DNA from: a virus | Lineage: Duplodnaviria > Caudoviricetes | Virus record (IMG/VR): IMGVR_UViG_3300036824_000014 | Span: 1 to 28,675 of that record | Direction: 5' to 3' (one strand) | Length of the DNA stretch: 28,675 bases | Part shown: positions 1 to 7,772 of the stretch, one piece after another | Position numbering within the stretch: the stretch's first letter is position 1 | Layout of the letters: each line of letters begins with the position of its first letter | Position numbers and translations under genes: made by a program | The notes under the pieces: model-generated | Database searches by the model: none | What the model saw: the letters and a program-made list of their open reading frames with translations, nothing else | What the model was told of the DNA's origin: nothing

Positions 1-108
1 GTGAGGATCACGCCAACGTGGTCTTAGCGGTCCAGGCTGGAGTTGCACCTGTTTGCATTTTGGGCACATAGGCCATTGCAGCACATGCTCTTCAGGGTCA
101 AGGTTCAT
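1..108 (-). CDS. hypothetical protein with CxxC, partial (runs off window)
   Basis: ATG at 108 overlaps the upstream TGA (ATGA); reads MNLDPEEHVLQWPMCPKCKQ... open to the window edge. Confidence 0.55.
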   Translation of the reverse strand, partial: MNLDPEEHVLQWPMCPKCKQVQLQPGPLRPRWRDPH

Positions 109-467
109 AATAGTTTTCCTTCTTCTTTCTTCCAGAGAGTTGCATCATGACTGGCAACCGGCGGCCAACTAATTTGCGCCGTCAGAAGCACATCTTTTGC
201 CTGTGGATCAAATGCTAACATGCGTCTTGCATAACAGCCATCTTCGTAGACTCGAAAAGCATGGTACTTCTGATTTCTAAACTGAGTGAAGGCAGCATAT
301 GCATAAGCTACATCAGTGATATTATCAGGAGACCATTGTAATATAACCTTATGATCCCTAGAATGCTCAATTCGCATCCTATGGAGATCACCAGATGCTT
401 CTCGTGCCGGGGTGATATCTGGCTCCCACTCGTCAGGAGCAATTGGTTTCTGCTCTGTAGTCTTCAT
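105..467 (-). CDS. hypothetical phage protein
   Basis: ORF track 105..479; GGAGAG SD favours ATG at 467; in a tightly packed leftward operon. Confidence 0.6.
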   Translation of the reverse strand: MKTTEQKPIAPDEWEPDITPAREASGDLHRMRIEHSRDHKVILQWSPDNITDVAYAYAAFTQFRNQKYHAFRVYEDGCYARRMLAFDPQAKDVLLTAQISWPPVASHDATLWKKEEGKLL

Positions 468-696
468 AGTGCTCTCCAAGCTGCCTGCCAGCCAGCATCC
501 AGTAATGTATGTTGCCTTTCCTGTTCGGAATGCGTTCTAAACAGCGGATATCCAATCCGTAGTCACATCTCAACCGCAGCAGCGTGATATGATTTCCTCT
601 TCCAGACTTGAATGGGCTCTCTATCTTCGTGCCCTTGTTAGCCAAGAACCTATCGTAGATTGCTCTAGTGATGGAGCCTTTTTTCGGAGGAATCAT
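433..696 (-). CDS. small basic hypothetical protein, possibly winged-helix DNA-binding
   Basis: 87 aa, basic; helix pattern TRAIYDRFL...ITLLRLRCDYGLDI followed by a beta hairpin YWML; abuts the upstream stop. Confidence 0.6.
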   Translation of the reverse strand: MIPPKKGSITRAIYDRFLANKGTKIESPFKSGRGNHITLLRLRCDYGLDIRCLERIPNRKGNIHYWMLAGRQLGEHYEDYRAETNCS

Positions 697-897
697 TTAC
701 TGTAGCCCCTTAGTTGCTAGAATGGTGACTGAACGTTGCATCGACTTAAAGTTCTCGCTTACAGCAAGCCAACCCAAGGCAAGTTTACGGTCGTCGTTAG
801 CGTTAGCTAAGTGCGCAAGCGTTGCAGCTTCTTCCTGGGCTAGGCGCAGGTATTCCATAAGCTTGGAGTAAGCTTCGCCTTGGGTTGGGACTGTCAT
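697..897 (-). CDS. hypothetical helical protein
   Basis: MTVPTQGEAYSKLMEYLRLAQEEAATLAHL...; ATG 897 coupled to a mini-ORF stop. Confidence 0.65.
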   Translation of the reverse strand: MTVPTQGEAYSKLMEYLRLAQEEAATLAHLANANDDRKLALGWLAVSENFKSMQRSVTILATKGLQ

Positions 898-916
898 GGG
901 CGAAAGTCCACTGTCA

Positions 917-1000
917 TCAAGAGCCTCCAATAAATGCCCAGACGAGGACAACGATAATAACACAGACTATTAAGATTTGTGAGCCAAGTATGATATCCAT
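917..1000 (-). CDS. 27-aa single-pass membrane peptide
   Basis: MDIILGSQILIVCVIIVVLVWAFIGGS; TAATG overlap with the upstream gene; fills the gap in the operon; below ORF-track cutoff. Confidence 0.55.
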   Translation of the reverse strand: MDIILGSQILIVCVIIVVLVWAFIGGS

Positions 1001-1275
1001 TAGAGGCGCCGCTTGAAGCGAACTAAGCTGCTCATGAGTGAGCTTATGTCAATGTGCTGTGGTTCGGCTTTGCTTGGATAGTGCTCTGGATGATCAGCAA
1101 AACCGTCACCAATCAGAGGATCCAAGTCCATCTTCTCGCAGACTCTGTAAGGGAAGCATCTATGTCCGCATGTACATAGCACCCAACCCTCCTCATCGCC
1201 GATCATGCACTTCTCGGCGATATCGTATTGAGGCTCGCCTCTGACTTTATGCAAGATAAGGAATTGTTCTGTCAC
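1000..1275 (-). CDS. hypothetical protein (Cys/His-containing)
   Basis: 91 aa; CTCGHRC; GTGA overlap with the upstream stop. Confidence 0.65.
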   Translation of the reverse strand: MTEQFLILHKVRGEPQYDIAEKCMIGDEEGWVLCTCGHRCFPYRVCEKMDLDPLIGDGFADHPEHYPSKAEPQHIDISSLMSSLVRFKRRL

Positions 1276-1502
1276 AGCTTAAAATGGGCCATGTAGTTGC
1301 ACCCATCCTTCTCCATGTTGGTGATATGGCCACATTCTTCGCAGTGGCCGGTTTTGTAGAATACGTTAGGAACATCCATTGTTTGCTTAGTTCCGCATTT
1401 TGCACAGTTGAATTGCTGATATATGAGGTGGCCCTTGTCCATAATGGACTTAGCTTGCTTTACACAATCATTGAATGGGTGCAGTTTCATTTGGTGTTTC
1501 AT
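1272..1502 (-). CDS. zinc-ribbon protein
   Basis: CAKC...CEEC pair; ATG 1502 overlaps the upstream TAA. Confidence 0.7.
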   Translation of the reverse strand: MKHQMKLHPFNDCVKQAKSIMDKGHLIYQQFNCAKCGTKQTMDVPNVFYKTGHCEECGHITNMEKDGCNYMAHFKL

Positions 1503-1816
1503 TAAACTAGGCCTACTAATTTGCATATGGCGAGGGTAGACTTGTATTCTGCATCACTCATCTCAAACTTGGCCTTACGCTTAGGCTTGTTTAGGCTATA
1601 GTGAATATGGTTGATTTGGTCTTGAGTTGGCGAAGCTGGAGTGCCAATCTTGTATTGAGCGTCCCTTGCTTGAAGAAGTGCTAAGATTTTGTGCATACCC
1701 TCGATAGAATGAGGCACCTTTAGGTTGTGATGGCGCTTGCCGGTGCCTGGAAGCTCCATGTAAATATAGTCTGAGTCGTGCCATATGCTTAAGGCCCAAG
1801 GCGGTTTGATCATCAT
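1502..1816 (-). CDS. hypothetical protein
   Basis: 104 aa ORF; ATGA overlap with the upstream gene. Confidence 0.65.
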   Translation of the reverse strand: MMIKPPWALSIWHDSDYIYMELPGTGKRHHNLKVPHSIEGMHKILALLQARDAQYKIGTPASPTQDQINHIHYSLNKPKRKAKFEMSDAEYKSTLAICKLVGLV

Positions 1817-1995
1817 TGGCTTTCCCTGATGCAGTTTACGGCGTTAATGTGATAATGTGCAAAGACCATACCATCCTTGTCGCTAAGCCTAACCCAATCT
1901 CTCGTGATGTTGAAGCTAGTGGTTATTGGATATGTGTGGCATTGTCCAGTCTCGCCATTATCAAACCATATTTCAAGGACGGTTTCTTTGCTCAC
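1813..1995 (-). CDS. hypothetical small beta-rich protein
   Basis: 60 aa; start and stop overlap both neighbours. Confidence 0.6.
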   Translation of the reverse strand: MSKETVLEIWFDNGETGQCHTYPITTSFNITRDWVRLSDKDGMVFAHYHINAVNCIRESQ

Positions 1996-2297
1996 GGCTT
2001 CATACCGAACTCGGCGTCATAGATAGGATTCATTCCTTCTTCATATTCACGTTCTAGCGACTCAAACAAGTACCATTTGCCAGTCTCGTAATCATAGAAG
2101 TAAGGTGTATCAACTCGACCTTGCTTGATGAATATGTGCTTCATCTCCTTATGGCGACAATACTTACCATGTGATCCAGCAGGACAAGTGCAATCATTGC
2201 CGCTGATAACATAACTGCCTTCAAGCTCAAGGATAGGCCCAAGGCTAAACTTAGCTATCAGGTACTTTCCTTTAATCGACTTTAGGTTGTACAGCAT
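1992..2297 (-). CDS. SWIM zinc-finger protein
   Basis: CTCPAGSHGKYCRH matches the SWIM CxC-x(n)-CxH signature; AAGGA upstream of ATG 2297. Confidence 0.7.
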   Translation of the reverse strand: MLYNLKSIKGKYLIAKFSLGPILELEGSYVISGNDCTCPAGSHGKYCRHKEMKHIFIKQGRVDTPYFYDYETGKWYLFESLEREYEEGMNPIYDAEFGMKP

Positions 2298-2775
2298 CGT
2301 CCTTGTCCTTTCTAGCGTTAGCCCCAAACATTTGGCCAAGCTTACGCAAATCTTCGTCTGGTATTATATTTTGATGTGTGGAACCTTCAACCATTGCCAT
2401 GCCCTGGCGAGCTAATTGCTCTTTACTAGAGGCTAGAGCAGACTTCGCCTGCTCAATAACCGAACGAGAGGCTGCTGTTGATTGATCACATGCTGCAACA
2501 GCAGCAGTTACTACAACCTCAAGTTGAATTCGAAGCTCATTGGCTGTTTCACGCCATATGTCGCCTTGACGAGATAGTCGATTAAGCTCATTTTGCATAA
2601 ACTTAACTCGATCTTGAAGCTGAGCTATCTCTCTATCAGCAGCATCAAGGCCCTTGCGCATGTCTTGAACTTCAGTTGATGACTCGACCAAGCTATCGAG
2701 GAAGCCCTTAACATCAACCTTTGGCGCTTGAGCAGGTCGGCTGAATAGCTTACGTGGTTGTTGAGAGTCAGTCAT
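2272..2775 (-). CDS. coiled-coil hypothetical protein
   Basis: Heptad-rich segment LDAADREIAQLQDRVKFMQNELNRL; GGAG upstream of ATG 2775. Confidence 0.65.
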   Translation of the reverse strand: MTDSQQPRKLFSRPAQAPKVDVKGFLDSLVESSTEVQDMRKGLDAADREIAQLQDRVKFMQNELNRLSRQGDIWRETANELRIQLEVVVTAAVAACDQSTAASRSVIEQAKSALASSKEQLARQGMAMVEGSTHQNIIPDEDLRKLGQMFGANARKDKDDAVQPKVD

Positions 2776-3085
2776 GAGCTTTCTCCAATGACTCGAATTT
2801 GACGATGACGTGGTACTGTAGGCCCCACTCTTCAGCTTGGCGCTTGAATGCATATAGTTGATTGTTGGTTTTGATTGTAGGCTCTGGCCAGAACTTGGCG
2901 ATGAAGGACTTGCCTGCTGCTGTTATACCGACTAAATACCAACTGCCGTTTAGTGCAATTGCACTTGGAAATACGTCAATATCATTTCCAGGCCCTGGCT
3001 TTGCACCTAAAATAGCGTGGGCCTTATCGAGATTATTGGCTGCTCTGGCAGTTAGCCATTCGGCAATTTCAGCGAAGGTCTTCAT
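2768..3085 (-). CDS. hypothetical protein, first gene of the leftward operon
   Basis: GGAGAAGG SD before ATG 3085; directly downstream of the consensus promoter. Confidence 0.7.
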   Translation of the reverse strand: MKTFAEIAEWLTARAANNLDKAHAILGAKPGPGNDIDVFPSAIALNGSWYLVGITAAGKSFIAKFWPEPTIKTNNQLYAFKRQAEEWGLQYHVIVKFESLEKAHD

Positions 3086-3110
3086 GTCAGCCTTCTCCAT
3101 TATAGGTACC

Positions 3111-3139
3111 ATTATACCACAAAACCCATGAAATGTCAA
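3111..3139 (-). promoter_or_regulatory. sigma70-type promoter (perfect consensus, extended -10)
   Basis: Minus strand reads TTGACA-17 nt-TATAAT, with TGn before the -10. Confidence 0.85.
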
Positions 3140-3155
3140 GAACTTTCTGTGATCG

Positions 3156-3170
3156 GTTCATGGTTCGTTC
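3156..3170. promoter_or_regulatory. putative alphaproteobacterial LexA (SOS) box
   Basis: GTTC-ATGGTTC-GTTC (GTTC-N7-GTTC), 16 nt upstream of the -35 of the leftward promoter. Confidence 0.6.
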
Positions 3171-3390
3171 TCATTATTTTTTCAATACATCTGGGGATGT
3201 TAGCAATTTCCTGGTGAAGTTGTGTTGAGATCGGTGGAAAAGTTCGCCGGTTCGCTTAAGGAAAGTCGAGGTGTATTTTCGGCATGTCGGCGAAAGCGAA
3301 GCGCTTTGAGTGCATTAGGCATTGGGTTAGGAGCTATGCAAGCGATGCATGGCAGCTATGCAAAAATGAGTGGACTAAAAGAAGAACATC

Positions 3391-3405
3391 GTTCTCCCTT
3401 CGTTC
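3391..3405. promoter_or_regulatory. putative alphaproteobacterial LexA (SOS) box
   Basis: GTTC-TCCCTTC-GTTC upstream of the first rightward gene (3468). Confidence 0.6.
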
Positions 3406-3467
3406 TCTTTCCGCCTTAATTGCGCCACAATTGGGGCGTATACTATGGGCATGATGGAGGAGCAAGC

Positions 3468-3689
3468 ATGACTGAAGAGCAAATTAAGTTTACGTTTAAC
3501 CTTTTGTATAGGCTTATAGCTACTGAGTCGCATGATGGGACTCAGTATATTACCTTTGGGGAGCTTGTTAATTGGGCTGCTGCTCGAAAGATTGACGATG
3601 ATACTTTTTTAACTATGATTGACAACATGGAGACATGCGGGCTTGTCACAAGACAAGGTGAGAGATACTATCCAAATATAAGGCTCTAG
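3468..3689 (+). CDS. small winged-helix-like protein, candidate regulator
   Basis: GGAGGA SD; ITFGELVNWA...TFLTMIDNMETCGLVTRQGERYY resembles a wHTH recognition helix plus wing. Confidence 0.6.
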   Translation: MTEEQIKFTFNLLYRLIATESHDGTQYITFGELVNWAAARKIDDDTFLTMIDNMETCGLVTRQGERYYPNIRL

Positions 3690-3744
3690 AGTTGGCTAAG
3701 CATCAGCGCCAAGCTTAAGTTTGATGCAATACAGGAGAATGAAG

Positions 3745-4356
3745 ATGACAAGCGTTGACGTAGAATCGGTTGAGTCTACGGTCCTTAAGGTGCAAATCCC
3801 TAAGGCCAAGACCTACATCGAAATCGATACAGCCAAGCTTCCCAACCACGTATATCAGGAAGCCTTGGTGCAAGGTCTTAAAACCTTAACTACACGGGGA
3901 ATGACGACATTCACAAAGGAAAAGTTCCCTGACCCCGATGAGCTTCAGGCGGCAGCCTTAGAAAAGGCAAAGTCTACGCTTGAGGATCTTTATGCTGGCA
4001 AGGTGACTATTCGTGGCGCCTCCAAGGACAGCAAAGTCTCCCGTGAGGTAATGAAGGTTGCACGAGATATAGCCCGTAAGCGAGTACGGGAATTCATGAA
4101 ACGACGTGGTATCAAGATAACGCAGGTCAAGTCGAGCGAAATCACTAAGGCCGCCAATCTTATGTTGGCGTCCGACCCAAGTATCATTGAAAAGGCAAGA
4201 AAGGAGCAGGAAGCCTTGGAGAAGGAGGATATCAGCCTTGATATGGATATTGAAGTGGATCCGGACCTTGTGGCTGCACAAGCTAAGCGTAAGGGCTCTA
4301 AAACGCTTAGTGCTGCGCAAGCTGGCAGGGTAACTGGTAGGATTACACGCCAGTAA
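3745..4356 (+). CDS. Lys-rich hypothetical protein, possibly nucleic-acid binding
   Basis: AGGAG SD 7 nt before ATG 3745; long ORF, basic and helical. Confidence 0.75.
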   Translation: MTSVDVESVESTVLKVQIPKAKTYIEIDTAKLPNHVYQEALVQGLKTLTTRGMTTFTKEKFPDPDELQAAALEKAKSTLEDLYAGKVTIRGASKDSKVSREVMKVARDIARKRVREFMKRRGIKITQVKSSEITKAANLMLASDPSIIEKARKEQEALEKEDISLDMDIEVDPDLVAAQAKRKGSKTLSAAQAGRVTGRITRQ

Positions 4357-4370
4357 GCAGGCTAAATCTT

Positions 4371-4393
4371 AGGAAGGGCTAACCGCCCTTCCT
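4371..4393 (+). terminator. intergenic stem-loop (terminator or processing site)
   Basis: AGGAAGGGC-TAACC-GCCCTTCCT, perfect 9-bp stem; no clear U-tract. Confidence 0.5.
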
Positions 4394-4412
4394 TAAACAT
4401 GGAGAGAGCAAA

Positions 4413-5063
4413 ATGAGTATTGACTTTGTGCAACATCAGGAAAGCGAAACACCAATGGAAGCGCAGCAGCAAATCACGGAGCAGAACATGCGAGAATACT
4501 TTGAGCGGATCGTCAGTCACGTTGTTGGCCTTAGTGAGCAGGCCAAGAAGGTTGATGATCTGACTCAAAAAGTCAATGACTTGAGTGCTCGCATCTATGA
4601 TGTGGAGCAGGAGAACTTTAGCCTCAAGAATGACCTAAATGCTCAAATCGAGCGAGCAAATCAGGTTCAGGCTCAGAATGATGCTACACAGCTTGAGCTC
4701 CAGAATGCAAGGGAGCATTCACATGCTCTTGCTGAAACCATCATCTTGCGTGATAGCAGGGTAAGTGAGCTTGAGCAGTCTCGGCAGAGTGCTGTAAATG
4801 AGGCCGATACCTTTAAGCATGCGCTCGAGGTGGCCAATAACAGGACCAGCGATCAAGATGCTTTGATCAATGATCTTCGGCACGAACTCCAGGCCGTGAT
4901 TGAGGACCGAGATAACTGGCAACATACTGCTAATGAGAATGCAAGGCAGGCTGCGGAGCTTAAAGTCTCGCTTGATAGGATTCAGTCAATCCTTAACCCT
5001 GTCCGGCCGGTTGAGCCCACGGCAGAGCCGACCGTTGTTGACTTTGCGCAAGATGTAGCCTAA
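4413..5063 (+). CDS. long coiled-coil protein
   Basis: GGAGAG SD; about 150 aa of continuous heptads rich in Q/E/N. Confidence 0.8.
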   Translation: MSIDFVQHQESETPMEAQQQITEQNMREYFERIVSHVVGLSEQAKKVDDLTQKVNDLSARIYDVEQENFSLKNDLNAQIERANQVQAQNDATQLELQNAREHSHALAETIILRDSRVSELEQSRQSAVNEADTFKHALEVANNRTSDQDALINDLRHELQAVIEDRDNWQHTANENARQAAELKVSLDRIQSILNPVRPVEPTAEPTVVDFAQDVA

Positions 5064-5072
5064 CTAAGAGAT

Positions 5073-5098
5073 GGCCCTGATGCTTGCGCATTGGGGCC
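5073..5098 (+). terminator. stem-loop after the coiled-coil gene
   Basis: GGCCCTGATGC-TTGC-GCATTGGGGCC (with G-U pairs) followed by CTTACTTT. Confidence 0.4.
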
Positions 5099-5109
5099 CT
5101 TACTTTATC

Positions 5110-5280
5110 ATGATAGAAATAGAAAAGATAATCCAATGGGTTGTGGTTAACAAGCTCCTTCGGTGGGGCTATAACCCAACTCACGTAAAGCTAGAGTTTA
5201 TTGCATATCTCGCTAACGAAGTTATGCAAGACTTTAGCGTTGATGAAATCATGCTGGAATATAGGAGATGGCTGCAATGA
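5110..5280 (+). CDS. hypothetical protein
   Basis: Part of ORF 5071..5280; start uncertain; stop overlaps the next ATG. Confidence 0.45.
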   Translation: MIEIEKIIQWVVVNKLLRWGYNPTHVKLEFIAYLANEVMQDFSVDEIMLEYRRWLQ

Positions 5281-5399
5281 CATACCGTAAAGTCGGCGGA
5301 CTACATCACGTAGTGTTTCGATGGTGGGGCTTTAGCTTCTATTGGCGTAAGTCTAAGCTAAAGCACGTGCCATTGTTGATAACGTATGGAGGGCTTTGA
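5277..5399 (+). CDS. 40-aa basic/aromatic peptide
   Basis: MTYRKVGGLHHVVFRWWGFSFYWRKSKLKHVPLLITYGGL; AGGAG upstream; ATGA and TGATG overlaps on both sides. Confidence 0.55.
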   Translation: MTYRKVGGLHHVVFRWWGFSFYWRKSKLKHVPLLITYGGL

Positions 5400-5626
5400 T
5401 GAGTAAAGAAGATGAGCTATTCTATACGGTGGAGGATCTTCCAATGAACAACGAAACTAAGGTTGAGGTTTTAAGCAAGGCCACCTATACGGCAAAGGCG
5501 GCTTATGATTGCATCTTGTGTCATAAGCCTATAGCGATAGGCTCGCACTATGTCAGGATTGTGGTTAAGCCTGTTGCGCAAAAGGTACAAACACAACGCT
5601 GGTGTTTGCCTTGTTGGTTGGGCTAA
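5399..5626 (+). CDS. zinc-finger-like protein
   Basis: KAAYDCILCHKPIAIGSHY...WCLPC; GGAGG SD. Confidence 0.65.
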   Translation: MSKEDELFYTVEDLPMNNETKVEVLSKATYTAKAAYDCILCHKPIAIGSHYVRIVVKPVAQKVQTQRWCLPCWLG

Positions 5627-5639
5627 AGGAGGATGAGAG

Positions 5640-5831
5640 ATGGCAAAGCTTAGATCTCGAATGAGTGGCGAAGAATGGGTAGTGTCATATTCTGGTAATA
5701 GGTCTGCTGATTACCATTACCCAACCTACAAAGAAGCCAAGAAATACTTTGAGGAAGACGAAGTATTTAGTGGTACGACTGTTAGGTTACTTCATGTTAA
5801 AGTGCTAGAAAGTAGACGAGGCAAGCTTTAG
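5640..5831 (+). CDS. hypothetical protein
   Basis: AAGGAGG SD; 63 aa. Confidence 0.7.
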   Translation: MAKLRSRMSGEEWVVSYSGNRSADYHYPTYKEAKKYFEEDEVFSGTTVRLLHVKVLESRRGKL

Positions 5832-5836
5832 CCGAT

Positions 5837-5895
5837 TGGGCAATGGAGTTTAGCGTTTGCCCATAGATAGGGCTATCTAAGGCGGTAGCCCTATC
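5837..5895 (+). terminator. tandem intergenic stem-loops
   Basis: TGGGCAA...TTGCCCA (5837-5863) then GATAGGGCTATC-TAAGGC-GGTAGCCCTATC (5866-5895). Confidence 0.45.
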
Positions 5896-5914
5896 GCCTT
5901 AAATGGAGCGAAGC

Positions 5915-6088
5915 ATGATCAAAGTTGGGCTTAGGACTATTGCTCAGCTAGGTGCAATAGTGCTGATACTTTGGTGCTGCTGGTGGCACGACAATGATGG
6001 TAACCCTTGGCACTTGGCAATTGCGCTCTCAATTGGAGCTGGATTGCTATGGATAGGATGCTCCTCTACGCCACACAAACGGCCATAG
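5915..6088 (+). CDS. small two-TM membrane protein
   Basis: Two hydrophobic stretches (LGAIVLILWCCWW; LAIALSIGAGLLWIG); GGAG SD. Confidence 0.6.
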   Translation: MIKVGLRTIAQLGAIVLILWCCWWHDNDGNPWHLAIALSIGAGLLWIGCSSTPHKRP

Positions 6089-6200
6089 AGGCGATTTGCG
6101 GTGCTGCCCCCCTATGTACCCTAGCGCCCCGGTGCTGAAAATGCCGCTGGCCTCGCTTATGGGCGATTTTGTACAAATCGAGAACAAACTAAGCAAAAGT

Positions 6201-6230
6201 AAGGGCCACTGATTAGGTGGCCCTTTTGTT
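6201..6230. terminator. bidirectional rho-independent terminator
   Basis: AAGGGCCAC...GTGGCCCTT stem, A-rich before and T-rich after, between convergent gene blocks. Confidence 0.75.
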
Positions 6231-6258
6231 TGGTATCAGGTAGCAACGCCTTCGGCGC

Positions 6259-6339
6259 TTACCGCAAGGTCATCATGCCGATCGCAAGCATTGCCCAAGT
6301 AAAGAGCATGACGAGGAAGGCAAGGTCTACTGTGGTCAT
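6259..6339 (-). CDS. 26-aa hydrophobic peptide
   Basis: MTTVDLAFLVMLFTWAMLAIGMMTLR; ATGA overlap with the upstream stop. Confidence 0.45.
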   Translation of the reverse strand: MTTVDLAFLVMLFTWAMLAIGMMTLR

Positions 6340-6497
6340 TGCTCTTGCTCCAGCCATGGCTTGCTACGCTGTTGCACTGGCAACAGGTCGCCAATGTTGA
6401 TGCTCTCAGGCTCAATAGGCTCATGCTCGACTTTGGCTTGCCGAGCTAGCGCCGTTTCGGCGATTTCGTCCAGCAGTTCGGCTAAGGTTTTATTCAT
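6336..6497 (-). CDS. hypothetical protein
   Basis: AAGGAG upstream of ATG 6497 (MNKTLAELLDEIAE...). Confidence 0.6.
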   Translation of the reverse strand: MNKTLAELLDEIAETALARQAKVEHEPIEPESINIGDLLPVQQRSKPWLEQEQ

Positions 6498-6648
6498 GGT
6501 TATCACTTTGCTCCTTTCCGTAGTCCAATGCTTCACTGCCACACTTGCGGCATTTGGCATTGCGATAAGCGTCGCTTAACTCACGGTCTTGACTTGGCTT
6601 AGCGGCCTTTTGCTTGTGACCGCACTCTTGGCATGTTCTGATCCACAT
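6490..6648 (-). CDS. zinc-ribbon protein
   Basis: CQECGH...CRKCGS; GGAGGA SD before ATG 6648. Confidence 0.7.
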   Translation of the reverse strand: MWIRTCQECGHKQKAAKPSQDRELSDAYRNAKCRKCGSEALDYGKEQSDNHE

Positions 6649-6750
6649 CGCTTTAATCCTCCAGTGATATAAGAATGGGTGGAGCGGCATGGCCCTAGGT
6701 CTTAATACCCTATAGCTTTCGATGGCTTCGCATGCGTCAGGTTCGCTCCG

Positions 6751-6776
6751 AAATGGGCAGAACCGAAGCCCTGCCC
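6751..6776 (-). terminator. stem-loop with cUUCGg tetraloop
   Basis: Minus strand GGGCAGGGC-TTCG-GTTCTGCCC-ATTT just after the 6794 stop. Confidence 0.65.
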
Positions 6777-6793
6777 TTTGATTGACGTTAGCT

Positions 6794-7066
6794 TTAGCTA
6801 TCCTTCACCGCCAGCTTATCGGAGTTGGTCTTGATGAATGCCTCAATCTCAGGGGCTTTCGCCAAGAGCTTTTCCCACTGACTACGATACAGCGTCACTG
6901 GGAACCGGCCTAAGCCATACACTGACAAGCCGCCCTTCTCGGTGACCTTCATGCCGAGGCCATTGGGCTTCGCCTTGAGCTTGGCATTCTCCTCTCGCAA
7001 CAACTCCAACTCCGCCATAATATCGGCTACGCTGTTGCCTTGGCGCAAGTCTGCTAACACTGCCAT
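6794..7066 (-). CDS. conserved small protein (coiled coil plus KVTEKGGLSVYGLGRFPVTLY motif), possibly nucleic-acid binding
   Basis: GGAGAG SD; motif recalled as recurring in uncharacterised bacterial/phage proteins; function not established. Confidence 0.75.
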   Translation of the reverse strand: MAVLADLRQGNSVADIMAELELLREENAKLKAKPNGLGMKVTEKGGLSVYGLGRFPVTLYRSQWEKLLAKAPEIEAFIKTNSDKLAVKDS

Positions 7067-7136
7067 TGTCGTTCTCTCCACATCGGCTTGATTGCCGTTC
7101 TAGCACACCTTGATGTGCTAGGGCTGCAACCAGGCT

Positions 7137-7307
7137 TTAGCCTTGCTCTCGCCTTAGCTTCATAGCATACTCACAGCCACGATCGAAAGCTTGTCCCTCT
7201 ACACCATCAAGATCCACCTCTTGGTCCGTGCCATCGTTATAACACTTAATGCCATACTCAAACGCTGCCATCTTGTCGTAGGGTGCATAATCCTCTCGCT
7301 TAACCAT
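7137..7307 (-). CDS. hypothetical protein, first gene of the leftward block
   Basis: AGGAG SD before ATG 7307 (MVKREDYAPYDK...). Confidence 0.65.
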   Translation of the reverse strand: MVKREDYAPYDKMAAFEYGIKCYNDGTDQEVDLDGVEGQAFDRGCEYAMKLRREQG

Positions 7308-7772
7308 CGCTTGTTCTCCTGGGTTGCTCGACACCGCCGATCTAGCCTGCCGTTTGCGGCAAAATTGAGGCGCAGCCATCACGACTTTGTGAGCTTTGTT
7401 CACGCTTCTGTGATGGTGCACTGCAATATGACACCGCCCTTCGCCGCCCTTAGCCTAGCCCTTGTTGGCGATTCGCCCTTAGTGCTACCCTCCAATAGGT
7501 CTTCCAGACCCCCTCTGTGCCTCCGGCCTCCAGCGCCTCTACATATGCCTTCTGCTTTAGCTCCGAGCCCCCTCATAGCGTCCAGGCAACGAACTACCCC
7601 CTACTACTACCTCTCTCTCAAAAAAAAAAATCGATAAGAATTAGTAGGGGGGTGGAGTTGGGTAAATCTGAAGCAATGAGGGGAATTGGAGGTAATCTTA
7701 AGGCCATCTCTAGAGCCCTACTGACGGGCGTGGAGGGAAGCACTAGGGACACACTAGGGCCGAATTGTAGTT

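Noticed and set aside
2768-3139. Longer TTG start at 3139
   Set aside because: The TTG is the -35 hexamer of the promoter; ATG 3085 has an SD downstream of the predicted transcription start
3484-3499. CtrA box TTAA-N7-TTAA
   Set aside because: Spacing is 8 nt and the site lies within a CDS
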